Below are positions 1 to 12,332 of a stretch of DNA of 64,000 bases, piece by piece. The position numbers and the translations under genes are program-made. The notes under the pieces were generated by a model. The model made no database searches. It saw nothing but the letters and a program-made list of their open reading frames with translations, and was not told the DNA's origin. The stretch covers positions 1,674,001 through 1,738,000 of the forward strand of contig JBHGNT010000009.1 in NCBI GenBank assembly GCA_043228905.1, given 5' to 3'. Every line of letters starts with the position of its first letter. Position 1 is the stretch's first letter. Source of the DNA: Azolla caroliniana. Its lineage: Eukaryota > Plantae > Polypodiophyta.

Positions 1-186
1 CTATTAATTTACATATCTAGCCCCACCCCAAAAAAACACAAAAAATCAAAACAAAACGCAATTCCTTTCTCGTTCTTGTTTCTTCCTTCCTTCCTCCCCC
101 TCTCTGTTATACCAACAGCACCCAAAAAAACAAACAGAAACAGAAATTTCGTTCTGATTCTCTGTACATCGTTTTCTTATTATTAC

Positions 187-195
187 AAACCCTAA
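187..195 (+). promoter_or_regulatory. Telo-box AAACCCTAA upstream of the ATX-like ORF
   Basis: Exact AAACCCTAA at 187-195, lying between two copies of ttctgattctctgt..atcgttttcttat, about 260 nt upstream of the ATG. Confidence 0.35.
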
Positions 196-448
196 TATAC
201 TTTCCTGATGAAAATATCCTTCTGATTCTCTGTCGATCGTTTTCTTATATATATGTGTGTGTGTTTGTATATATTCTTATCTTCTTTGAATCGATCTGTT
301 AATCACATCTGTATGCATAACATATATAAACGGATTAGAAAGAGATATTGATTCATCATGCAGAATCGCCCACTGCTTTGATCTTCGCTTGATTCGTTCC
401 ATACCGACAAAGACACGGTTTGATTTTTTCAGTCTTTTGATCTCTGCC

Positions 449-2734
449 ATGGCCCCCTCTTGCGCAGATAATAATCGTGATAACTGCAACAATCGCAATA
501 ATGATAGCAGTATCGATCTGAGATTGAAGAGAAGAGATCAAGCTAGGAAAAGGTTCTCTTCCGAGTGGGTGGTATACTCTCCTCTGCCAGTAACAAAGCG
601 GCCCAAGAATATATTGTCGAAGAATGTATTATCAGGCGGATTGGGTGCAGAGGATGAGAGCCCCCAGTCTGAAATAATCCAAGAAGACGAAGAAGAAGAA
701 GAAGAAGAAGACGAAGAATTCGATCAAGACTTTGGATTAGAAAAGTCTGCCCGAAAGAAGAATGTAAATGTGCGTAGACAGGTTCCATGTGATGCCAAAC
801 ATCCACACGGCCATAGAAAGGGAGCCCATAGGAAGGTATTATTTAACCCTAAAGATTTCTCTGTTGTACACTCAGGCCAGCAGCTGACAGACTCTACTCT
901 GGCTCCAGATATTACCATGGATATGATTTCCCGGAACTGCCCGAACAATTTATCGGACTCCAAATTGCAGACAGTGCAGCCGGCTGATGCACAATTGGGG
1001 GATGCCAAAAATGTACCTAATCTACCCAACTACATCATCATAGTATGTTCAGGTGTCGAAGGTGCTTACTACCCCCGAAACCATGAAGTGATTTGCCTAT
1101 GCCAAACTTGCAAAGGTTCAAAACCTATGCTAGGAATCTCTAAGTGGGAAGCTCATACAGGTTGCCGAAGGAAGAAATGGAAACTCAGTGTCCGTGTTAA
1201 ACATGACCGATCCATTCATAACGACCTGAATTCGGACAGAAATACAAATATGACCCTCCTCTCATGGCTCCAATTGATGGCGGAAAGTGGAGTAAATAAC
1301 CTCGCTTTCCAAGTTTATCCCCAAGATCAACTCATAGTGAATCGCCTACGAAATGTGCCGTACAATCCAGTCATCGTAAAATGGACTCCAGAGAGATGTG
1401 CCGTTTGCCGATGGGTCGAAGATTATGACTACAACCAAATGCTCGTGTGCAACAGGTGTGAAATTGCGGTCCATGAAGAATGCTATGGTGTGAAGGCGTC
1501 TGAAATAGGGGGATCATTCATATGCAGAGCATGTGAGGATGTTCAGACATTGGTAGAATGTTGTTTGTGTCCAGTTAAAGGAGGAGCATTGAAACGGACC
1601 ACGGTTCCCGACCTCTGGGCCCATATCTATTGTGCCTGGTTCACAAAAGGTGTATTCTTCGATAACGTAACAAGGATGGAACCAGTGTGTGGAATCCTTG
1701 ATATTCCACTCCAGCGATTCTCAGAGCGATGCATCATATGTTATCAAGTTCATGGGGCATGCATAAAGTGTGAAGAATGTGAGGTTACTTACCATGCCAC
1801 ATGTGCAGTTAGAGCAGGGTACCGAATGGAGATTAGTAGTGTTGTTGGGAGAGACGGGTTCAAGAAAGTCTCTTATTGTTCTAGACATCGGAAACCAAGT
1901 CAAGATGGTCGCTTGGTCATCGCGGCTTTAGAAGCCGAATTAGCTAACACAAAGCTTCCGGAATTCGCCGAAGAATATCCCAAGAAAGATACCGAGGGCA
2001 TCGGGAGTGATGGTGGAGAATGCATGAGTATCAAGCATGAGGAGATGAAGTGTGAGATTGTTTCGGATACAGCTAAGTATATTAGTTCTCGTTGCTCTGC
2101 ATATGAACCCAATCTTAAAAATCGATATGTGAATAAAGGCCCCTTAAATCCATTGGACATCAAAGAACCTGAAGTCGCAGTTCTACATACGCCGTGTGGA
2201 TTCTCTCGGCGCTCCTTGGAGGAAATCCAAAGGTTGCGGTGTGTACCCAAGCCCAGGGAGATGCTCTCTATCGAAGAGAGACTTGTTCATCTCGAGAAGA
2301 CACAAAATGCAAGGATTTGCTATGGGAAATCGGCCATACATAACTGGGGCTTGTTTGCAAGGAAAGATGTTCAAGAAGGTGAGATGGTGGTTGAGTATCG
2401 GGGCGAGATTGTGAGACGAAGTGTTGCAGATTTGAGAGAGAAGATGTATGAGAAACAAAAGAAAGATTGTTATCTCTTCAAAGTGAGCGAAGAGGTAGTG
2501 ATTGATGCAACATATAAAGGAAATATTGCTCGGCTTATTAACCATTCATGTTCACCTAATTGCTATGCTCGGATCTTCCCTGTGAAGAGGGCGGGAGGAA
2601 CTTGCATCATTCTCATTGCAAAACGGTTTGTTAAGGCCGGGGATGAATTGACATATGATTATCTTTTCGATCCTGAGAATCAGAAAGTACCTTGTCTTTG
2701 CGGTGCGGCTAATTGTCGGAAATTTATTTGTTAA
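449..2734 (+). CDS. Trithorax-group histone H3K4 methyltransferase, ATX3/ATX4/ATX5-like; single exon, 761 aa from the first ATG at 449
   Basis: Uninterrupted ORF containing: a SAND/ULT-like Cys motif ([22 protein letters not shown]); a PHD finger ([31 protein letters not shown]); an extended PHD ([41 protein letters not shown]); SET ([29 protein letters not shown]); and post-SET ([11 protein letters not shown]). No PWWP domain seen. Confidence 0.93.
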   Translation: MAPSCADNNRDNCNNRNNDSSIDLRLKRRDQARKRFSSEWVVYSPLPVTKRPKNILSKNVLSGGLGAEDESPQSEIIQEDEEEEEEEDEEFDQDFGLEKSARKKNVNVRRQVPCDAKHPHGHRKGAHRKVLFNPKDFSVVHSGQQLTDSTLAPDITMDMISRNCPNNLSDSKLQTVQPADAQLGDAKNVPNLPNYIIIVCSGVEGAYYPRNHEVICLCQTCKGSKPMLGISKWEAHTGCRRKKWKLSVRVKHDRSIHNDLNSDRNTNMTLLSWLQLMAESGVNNLAFQVYPQDQLIVNRLRNVPYNPVIVKWTPERCAVCRWVEDYDYNQMLVCNRCEIAVHEECYGVKASEIGGSFICRACEDVQTLVECCLCPVKGGALKRTTVPDLWAHIYCAWFTKGVFFDNVTRMEPVCGILDIPLQRFSERCIICYQVHGACIKCEECEVTYHATCAVRAGYRMEISSVVGRDGFKKVSYCSRHRKPSQDGRLVIAALEAELANTKLPEFAEEYPKKDTEGIGSDGGECMSIKHEEMKCEIVSDTAKYISSRCSAYEPNLKNRYVNKGPLNPLDIKEPEVAVLHTPCGFSRRSLEEIQRLRCVPKPREMLSIEERLVHLEKTQNARICYGKSAIHNWGLFARKDVQEGEMVVEYRGEIVRRSVADLREKMYEKQKKDCYLFKVSEEVVIDATYKGNIARLINHSCSPNCYARIFPVKRAGGTCIILIAKRFVKAGDELTYDYLFDPENQKVPCLCGAANCRKFIC

Positions 2735-4139
2735 TAAGAAGCTCCAATGATGAATCAGATCAATGTGAGACTCGTGATACCAGTTGCTTCTTTGAAGTAA
2801 TCAATGCATGAATGAGTGATTTTTTTAATGGGCAACTATGAAGCAATCCTTGGTGGTTGAAGAGGGGCATTTACTGCATATAGATACATATATGCTCTCA
2901 ATTTGAGAGTGTCCAGATTTTTCATGAAACCTTGACCCCAACACTCAAAATATATTTACTCTCAAGATTTAGAGTAAGATTTTTCTACAGGATGGAGATT
3001 TTTTTTTATCATAACTGTAAATACAATCGGAGATTTTGCTTAGTTCAATTTCAGAAACATAGCTCAATGCACACACGCTCTAGTAACTTACTGTTCAGGA
3101 GTATGGTTTTCAATGTGCATTTTGCCACTTTAATTCATTTTTGGATTAATGGAACTATTATATTAACTCTGTACGTGAGGATACACCTTGAAGCATACAG
3201 AACAATATATACATTTTTTGGATAATGCTCCATGAATTAAATTAAAAAATATTTATGGTCCAGTTGTTTATGTTGATTCATTCCTCCTTGCCTTCAAAAG
3301 AGGATTTAAGGGTCTATCTCCAGTGTTTGGCTCATTGATTGACATCTATCAGTAGAATTCTTGAGTGGTTTGGTACCTATGCAGGTTAACTTCAAAAGAT
3401 CTATATTTCTTCTTCAGAAGCATTTTCTATGATTTTACTGAGTTCAATGCACCATAATAATTCAGTTATTAGGAGTTAATTGCCGTTTGATTGAAATGCC
3501 CAAAAGGCTATTTGTGATATTAATGAGAAATCAAAAGAGTTTTTCATTTGGCACAGTCTCAATTGTTCCTTACCGTATCAAAGAAACATGGGACAGTTAT
3601 GGAGAATTATGCTCTATTCAGGATATGTGGTGACAATGATTTGTCCATATTTTAAATTATTCGAGGGTTACCACCAATGTAGTTTGGATAAAATGAGCAG
3701 AGTTAGATGCTAAAAAATCAATTCCGTGTTTACAAATTACTATATAGATGTTCAACAATCAATTGGGTGTTTATAATGTACTATATAGATGCTTAATGTA
3801 TAGAATATGTTACATCCTATATTTGTATTATTTGTGTGTCATCATATCTAGATCTTATAATAAAAAACTTAATACCATCATGGCATTATGATTGGGATCT
3901 CTCTCTCTCTCTCTCTCTCTCTCATATGTAACCCTAGATAAGAAAAACCAACAAAATTAGCTTCATGCATACATAAGACTTATTCAAAGTTAATGACAAT
4001 TCTCAACACCCAAAAGAAAGTTGGTGTGTGTCCATCTTTGCCCACTCTCTTTTGGTTTATGCGTTGATGACTCCCGAAAATCCATTTTCCATTTCGAAAT
4101 TATAATCGATAACTCAATCAACAAATTTGTTCGAAAAAT

Positions 4140-6165
4140 CATTTTCCATGAGATCACTCTATTGCCAAATTTGAAACAGTATTTGGTTGTTGATTTTCGA
4201 CAGTCTATGCAGCCGGCAAAGTCCAGAGTCGGTATATCCGACTATGGATGAAGTTTTGTTCGGGCCGAATAGAATGCCATAGTCTTTTGTGCTCATGAGA
4301 TATCTGAACACATGGTTTACTACTTTCCAATGCGATTGGCCGGGATTGTGCACGAATATGCTAACGACTCCTACGACTTGAGCAATGTCATGCCGTGTCA
4401 TGACTATCGCATACATCAAGGAGCTGATTGCCGGTGCATACAGTACCGACTTCATAATTTCCCCCTCCAAATCGGATGTTGGGCAGTTTCGTTGAGACAG
4501 CCGAATGCTAATGGGGAGCGGGGTCGAAGCAGATTTGGCCGATTGCATATTGAAACATTCTAAGACACGTCCAATAGAGTCAGATTGTGATAGAAACAAT
4601 TGTCTTCGATTTCAATTCCGACTAATCTTCATTCTGAGAATGTGTCTTGTTGGACCGAGGTTCTTCATGGCAAACTTCAACCGCAGTTGCCGAACAAGTT
4701 TGGCGAGCTCTTTGGCATGTCGATTGGAGAGTAGCATGTCGTCCATGTAGATGATTAGGAAGATGAGGGACCCATCTTGAGCTGTTTTGTTGAAGAGATA
4801 ATGATCCTCATCGCTCTTTGAGAAGTCGACTGACTGGATGAAGTCATCGAACTTCTTGTACCACTGCCTTAGTGCCTGTTTGAGGTTGTAAAGACTCTTC
4901 CTAAGTCTATAGACTAGATGTTCCGAGCCGGATACCACGAAGCCTTTCGGTTGCTCAATATAAATTTCCTCCTCTAAGTCACCATGGAGGAAAGCCGTTT
5001 TGACATCTAGCTGAATCAACTCCAAATCTTCGGTTGCCACAACACTGAGCATAAAGTGAAGGGTGCTCATTTTCACCACTAGTGAAAAGATTTCGTTGAA
5101 ATCGACGCCGTATTCCTGTCGAAACCCTTTCACAACTAATTTGGCCTTGAATTTAGGGTGGCCAAATTAGACGTCTCTTTCAATATGTAGACCCATTTGC
5201 ACGAAAGAGCGCGTCAATTCTTTGGTAATTCGACCAAATCCCAAGTCTTGTTTGCTCGAATGGTGTTCATTTTTGACTCCATCGTTAGATGCCAGGTGGC
5301 CGAATCGATAGATGTTGATGCTTCTTCGTACAACGTCGATTCTCCGACGTCTGTAAGACGATACCAGGAGAGTTTCTCTTCAAGGGTTGCGACAGTCTCA
5401 TACTTTGAGGTATGACTGGACTAGTCGCATCGGGTATCAAGGTCGGATAGTCTAGAGCTGAGTCGTTCGGCTCTATCAAGTTGGTGCTAGAGGTTTCGAC
5501 TACTTGTGACACCGATCTCGTGTTATGTGTTGGGCCTTCATGAAGGGTTGGCACATCAGAAAAAGTTACCCTTCGGAAAAAGTTACCTTCATTGAACACT
5601 ACGCCTAGAGGCAGTTGCCAATTTCGCCATCTAGTCCATAACCAAGGAAGATGCATTTCTCGGACCGTGGTGCAAGTTTTCGGCGACCGTCTTTTGGTAT
5701 GAAGGCATATGCGTCGCACCCAAAAATCCTCAGCTTGCGGTCGGTCCATAATTCTTGAGGAATAAGTCCTAGAGGCCTACTCAATGACATATTGATTATG
5801 TGTGTTGTTGTAAGTAGGGCCTCTACCCAGAACCCATTCAAAAGTTCGGAGTGTTTGAGCATGGAAACTATCCTTTCTGGAATTGTTTGATTCATCCATT
5901 CGACAATTCCATTCTACTCTGGACTGTGAGGTGCCGTGTATTCATGTCTTATGCCGCCTTGTCAGCAAAATCTGACGAATTCTTCAGACTTGAACTGTCC
6001 TCCGTTGTCGGTCCGAAAACATTTTAGTTTTCGACCAGACTAATTCTCGACCATAGCCAGCCATTCAGAAAAAATTGAGAACACTTGATCTTTAGTCTTT
6101 ATCGGATAAGCCCACACGTTCTGAGTCAAGTCGTTAATGAAGTTGACGAAATACAAAGCACTGCT
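4140..6165 (-). mobile_element. Degenerate Ty1/copia retrotransposon fragment (integrase core plus reverse transcriptase)
   Basis: Minus-strand motifs LKCFRTDNGG, FWVEAL, KCIFLGYG, GFRQEYGVDFNEIFS, QLDVKTAFLHGDLEEEIY, LYNLKQALRQWY, YMDDML and GYTDS, with frameshifts and stops. Confidence 0.92.
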
Positions 6166-6169
6166 GAGT

Positions 6170-6855
6170 GCACCAATTGTTGGAGGGTGCCAGCTCCAAA
6201 CCTGCACTCTCCTTCTTCAAATGCCTTCTGTCTCTCTCAGTACAAATCTATAGGGAGTGGAGTCCATCCCATGAGGTTAATTCAGGGGGGAGTGGCCGGC
6301 TTTTCGAAAATAGGTTCAGTGGTGTGGGCCCTAGGTATGATTTGAGCCGAAATCTATTGACTTTCTTTGGCAGTACTTCACTGGCTAACGTTCCGAGTTC
6401 GAAAGTGCCATTTTCGACGTCTATTATCCAATATGGCCCCATCCATCGGAATCGGAGTTTCCCTGGCATATAGCCTATGCATGTTTGAAACACAAGTATG
6501 GCTTTGCCGATTTGGAATGCTTTTTCATTCCCTTGCCGATGCCTATTGATAAATGCTTTTTGTTGTGGTTGTTCTTGTTCCAAGATAGCCATACTATGGA
6601 TCCAACATTCTCTGAGCTCCAAGAGTTGTTGGAGTCGTACTTGTTCTGAGTCCCTTTCCGTGAGATGTTCACGTACTTGCACGCGCAAACTCGGAACTTG
6701 AAATTTGACTGGCATGATCGCCTCATGTCCAAACACTAATTTGAATAGTGTCGACTGTATTCTGGTCTTAAAACTCTTTCGATAAGCCCATAGGGTGTTT
6801 TGGAGCTTTGTATCCCAGTCGATTCGATTTTCGTTCACGATGTTCTTCAAAATAT
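6170..6855 (-). mobile_element. Ty3/gypsy integrase C-terminal fragment
   Basis: ORF 6248-6886 contains WDTKLQNTLWAYRKSFK, FKLVFGHEAIMP and GKLRFRWMGPY (GPY/F motif). Confidence 0.88.
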
Positions 6856-6856
6856 T

Positions 6857-7950
6857 CCGTAAATGTTTATTTCGTCGATTCGGCAAGTAACACGTTCGCG
6901 TTCACAAGTGGAAGGATCGCGCATAAATGGAAGGATAAGGGAAATTTTAGGGCTTTTTCAATGATTTTACAAAACACATTGATACCAGTATCATACAAGT
7001 TCAAACATACTATGAAAAAGGTTAAAAATCCACTATTTTCGTGATTTAGAAGTAACTAAAAAAAGACGAATTTCAAAAACATACATTCTCAATTTATATC
7101 ACAAACTTTACAACCAATGTTATTTTATAAGAAACGATTTTTGGGAAATCATAAGAATTCAAAACACATGATTTTATATTACTCGATTTGTTACAAGCGG
7201 AATGTAGTTACACTTAATAGCCAAATATACATTCATGATCACTCCTTTACGGAGAATCACTACTATAACTAATATACAATGACGATTCCTCCTCATCATC
7301 CTCGGATGTACCAATCAGTGCATTATCTTCGTCATAAACCAAATGGTTTGACTCTAGATTATATGTAGCAGATCTCGTTTGCCTTTGACTCGAGCCACCT
7401 TGTAGACCTGGTAATTTTTCTTTTATTATATCTATTGTTGACTTCCTTAATCGTCCGGCTTTTGTAAGTGTGAAGTCGTACACGATGATATCCACATCAG
7501 AGATATCAAGGGTCGAGGTGTTACGAATGTTTCGCTTCCTCTTCCTACCTCCCCTTCTTGTTTGGCATTCAATCATCTCCAATGTATACTTACCTGTAAA
7601 AGCATTTGCACTTCTAGTGTTGTACCAATGAACATTTATAGACTTGATCGTGTTATCTATTTCATGCATTAGGGTATCCAATTATTGTAGTGTATCCAAT
7701 TATTGGTATACTCTTCTTTTTTCTTTTTCCTTTTGGTTTAAACGAATACTTGACCACCCATTCATATTCGTATTTGTTTGCATTCGAATGGGAAACCCCA
7801 CGAATGTGAATATGTCAATCTATGCTCATACATCGTATGGGCTATTTACAAGTGTAGCCCCTACTACACCTCACTACTATTATTATCTCTTACAAAAATA
7901 AGTAGCCATTAGCCGATTCTAGTGTCAATTATCTAGTCGGTTTGACTAGT
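6857..7950 (-). mobile_element. Unrelated insertion interrupting the gypsy integrase, carrying a 144-aa ORF of unknown function (7247-7681)
   Basis: Gypsy integrase homology stops near 8160 and resumes near 6855. The intervening AT-rich segment holds a stop-free, protein-like ORF. Element class is not identifiable from the sequence. Confidence 0.5.
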
Positions 7951-8159
7951 CGGCCTGGTTGTCAACCATTCGGTCTGCCCGACTGGTCTGTTGTGTCGTC
8001 GACCTGGATCTCCTTCTTGTCCACTCTCACAGTCAACTTTCTCACAGTCAACTCTTCAACCATCGGCACTTGGCCCGAACAATTGCATCCTCCTCTTTGA
8101 CTATCAGCTCTTCTCGGCCCGAACAATCGGCTCCTCCCACTGGAGGGACATATTGCCAA

Positions 8160-9898
8160 CATTGTTCGTGCTACCGCTAGGGTGAAGGGGCCGATGAAAT
8201 CCAGACCCCATTTCTAAAATGGTTCCAAGGGCAACAACTCCAGTTGGTGAGGCATTCATGCGCTTAGTCGGTTAGCCCATTCGTTGACATAGGTCGTAAT
8301 TCTGAGAATATGTGTTCGTGTCTTTTTGTGTTGTCAGCCACTAGAGGCCACTTTGTCATACCTTCTGCGATGTCGCGTCGCCAGCATAGTGTCCATCAGC
8401 CACACCGTAGTACGCCTCGCGGAGAATGGTCGTTTATTCGTCGTTGTGGATGCATCAACGCTAGATATTGTCATTGCCCTTGTGGTACAGAGTTCCCTGT
8501 AAGAGACAAAAGTTCTGATTACGTACAACCAATCACTTCTTCTCGTCAATTTGCATTTTCTAGGGAGGCAGTCTCGTGGTTAGAAAATGAATCATTTCCT
8601 CGAGCCATTTGTTGTTCAGGGAAATCTTGTTCGTTTCGGCCTCGTATGCAGAAATTTGCAATACGTCGGCGTCTAGAAAGTGTTCATAGATGCCCTTGGT
8701 TTCCTGTCCGGTCTCGATTTGTCTTAAATAATTGGCGATGGCGTGCTGAGTTCCTAGTCGACACTGGATATCAAATTCGAATTCTTGGAGCAACAACATC
8801 CATCTTAACAATTTACCCGTGAGGGATTGCTTAGATACTAGGTAGAGGAGGGCCGCATGGGCCGCATGGTCCACATGGAACACGAACCCTTCGGCCAAGT
8901 AGGTAGTGTCAAAATTTATTTATACTGTAAATCATACCTAATGCCTCGCATTTAGTTGTGGAATAATTGCGCTCAGCAGCCGAGAGCTTTCAACTCGTAT
9001 AGTAGACCGACCGATATTAGTTCGGGTCACTAAGCTGCATTAATGTGCTGCCGATTGCAATGTTCGACGCATTGACGAATACCTAGAATGGATGTGTCAA
9101 GTCTAAGGGTTGGACGACTGGTGCTTGCATCAACATGACTTTTAGCGCCTGGTATGCCTTCTCCTCGATTTCCATCCATTTGAACGGTGTGCGATGTATC
9201 GTCGTGTGTAGTGGCGTAACGAAGTCGGCAAGGTAACACAATATTTGACTATGCTATCGGATTTGACCTAAGAATCAACTTAGTGGCTTTGCATTTTCCC
9301 TGGGTCTACTGCAATGATTTTGTTGCTCAGTATATGGCCTAAGATTGTGTCACATGTCACTCCGAATGCGCACTTAGCCGGATTGAGGCTAAGCCTCGCC
9401 GATCTGTACCGCTCTAAACATAGCGCAGGTGCTAAAGATGTTCGCTTTGTGTGTTGTAAATTGCAATGTCGTCTAGAAATACCTGCATAAAGGTCAGTAT
9501 GTACTCGCCAAATATTTCTGTGATTATTCGTTGAAACGTATCCGATGTGGTTTTGAGACTAAACATTAATACAACAGCAACGAACATACCCCAATCCGTG
9601 ATGAACATCGTCTTCTCTTGATCGTTGGGGTGCATTCAAATCTAGTTATAGCCACTAAACCCGTCTAAAAAGTTGTAAATCTCGTGACCGGCTACGACAT
9701 CTAGCACCCCATCCATGATTGCTAGAGTAAATGCGTCGGTTATCGTCACGACATTTAATTTTCTGTAATAAACGCACACCCAAATTTTTTCGTTCTTCTT
9801 CAGAACTATAATGATTGGACTCGGCCATTTCGCCTTCTTAACAGGATGAATAAATCTTATTTTCAATAGTTTATCGATTTCCTTCTTAACAGGATGAA
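8160..9898 (-). mobile_element. Degenerate Ty3/gypsy pol (RT, RNase H, integrase N-terminus)
   Basis: KEIDKLLKIRFIHPV..WPSPIIIV, FLDGFSGYN, DQEKTMFITDWG, TFQR..VFLDDI, FHVDH..GKLLRWMLLLQEFEF, a zinc-binding region (GHYAG..CQRMG) and KWGLDFIGP. Confidence 0.9.
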
Positions 9899-9909
9899 AT
9901 CCGTGAGTC

Positions 9910-11050
9910 TGTGTTGAAACGGGGTGGGACCACCGGGATCTTGGACTAGGAAGAGATGAATGTTAAAAAGTCGAGCTTTGCTGGAGCCGTTCACTCTGGC
10001 TGAGACACCAATCAGAGCGTTTCTAGATACGTACAGGAGGCAACCGAATGAGAGAGAGAGAGAGAGAGCACGCGCAACACTTACCTAACACGCACTTCTT
10101 GTATATAGAAACCGGAAAAGAAAGAAACACACTAGACACAGTTATGCACAACTTCATGTATATTTATGTACACAAACGACAGGTTACATCCCTAGCTTTG
10201 AGCTGGACCGAGCAGACCAAACTACATCAACCGTCTGCAAGCAAACCGCTAGTTAGGGAGCTCACAGGCTCACCACCGTGAGTGGGGCCTTGTGCAGAAG
10301 ACACGACAGAACCAGAACCCCAGAGCATACAAGCTCTGATCCGAACTAAACCCTAAACAAAATTGGAACCCCAACCCTAACAGACAAATGGTAAGCTAAA
10401 CAACATAGAGAAAACAAAACGAGGAACAGACTCAAAACCCAGAGGGAACCTAAAAAGCTATGGGGAACCCCTTTACAAGAGACCCCTCCCTCCTTTTATA
10501 GCTCAAGGAGGAAGGGATATTACAATGTGGGAGGCCAAACATTCCTCGTTTTCAAAGGAGATATTTACCTCGATTCCCGAAGTGATTGAAGCAGTACATT
10601 AAACACCCTCACTTTCTACGTGTGCATGTGGACAGAATGTACGCATCACATTTATTTCTTTACTAACTCCTATGTACATTTATTCTTATTAACATTTCTC
10701 CTAATGTACATGTGCACATGTTGTACATCGCTGACCTTATTCATTTCACCTTGTTTTCTCACGGTTGTCGGAAATCCTCACGACATCCACCCCCACCAAA
10801 CCGCATATCCACCGGAATGTGCCAAGAAAGAGAAGGTGTGGGATTCTGGCAACCGTGATCAATCTAGTCTTTCGCTAAACCGGCATCTGACTCCTACATT
10901 GGTCATTGTCGATCCCGAATCGTGGGTTCTTGGGTCGACCTCATCCCTGGTTGGGAGCTCGTCATTGTCCTTGTCTCTCCACTTTGAGCTCGTCCATCTT
11001 CTCCACTTGAACCATCGGCTCCATCCGATCCGCTAGATCCGATGCTCGCA
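9910..11050. mobile_element. LTR-like retrotransposon remnant
   Basis: Begins near TGTTG directly beside the gypsy RT. Shares tcttggactagg and ctccttttatag motifs with the candidate solo LTR at 61059-62595. No intact ORF. Confidence 0.5.
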
Positions 11051-12332
11051 CTCATCCTCTTTTTGGTCAGTCAGAGCAGCTTGAGGTGCTCTCAGGAATC
11101 TACTGGTGAGGCTCAACTCTCTTCTTCAAATCTATTATTCAAATACCAAGATATAATATAAGGTCACATTCAATGGTATGGGACATTGCTAGTATTTTAT
11201 GTTTGTCTCGACTCTCGTGTCCTTCGTTCAAGGTTGATCGACATAGTTAAGCACTACTAATCCATTATTCTCCTTAAATCTCTTATTCTTTTGCTCGTTA
11301 TAAGTTTGACACATAATACATGATAAAATATGTCTATGGATCTATATATCTAACATCTCTATTACACACATAGAGCCAAATATGGAGATTATTCCTCACC
11401 TTGTCCAATTTGCCAAATGACACCTAGATACATGCAATCAACATCATAATGTAAAACATACACCAACCAACCTTGGATGCCATGTCTCCTCACAACTCAT
11501 TCAATAAATATTGGTTCTACATTTGATTGCTTGCATTAAGAACATTATTATTGATTATTAGGAAACTGACAATGATTTTTTTGTTTCATATTGAGAACCT
11601 TAATTTACCTATATTTGTTATAATCATTCTTTCTAATAATGAGATTAGAATATGTATTAAATATACTTTATAATGTCTACTACAAAGTCAATTTTGACCT
11701 ATGGGACCAAATAAGCATATCATCTCGAATGTGACTTCTTCCTAAGATGGGGATATTACTTTGTAGTAAAAACTCTCTACACAAAAATAGCACATTGGCA
11801 TATAATGTGCTTACCCTTCCTAGTGGAGATTTTAGTATTAACACTAAAGTTATAATGTCCACCATGTTCCTCATACAATTGTGGTACAACTGCTCTATAT
11901 TCTAATGGCATTCCAATCTCTATCATTCTTTTCCATTCTTGACCTCTTTGTTTATCAAAATGTCTTTGGTCAATCCTAATGGTTGAAGAAAATAAAGCAA
12001 CCACAAATGTATCTATATTAACTCAAAATAAAGAGATCTAGTGGAATACATCATGGTTACTCAAAACTGCAGATCAATGGCACAAAACAACGTTTTATTT
12101 ACTTTTTAACATTCATGATTAACATTACCTTCACCACTAGCAAACAACAAGATAATTCAAGTGCAGCTTTTACAATAGATCATTCGATGTAATGAGCAGA
12201 TCATAAATGTATGCTTTGAGGTCAACCATCGGCATTGCATAAAAGGACCAGCAGATCACATTGCAAAAAGGGTCCAGCAAGAGTCCAACCTAACCATCAG
12301 CATTATCCTACATGCAGCCAAACATATTTTCT

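Noticed and set aside
389-448. ORF-track start at 389
   Set aside because: It is a TTG codon; the first ATG (gccATGG context) is at 449.
11680-12004. Short ORFs downstream of the RRM-like gene
   Set aside because: Only a faint resemblance to a gypsy integrase zinc region (LYEEHGGHY); too decayed to call.
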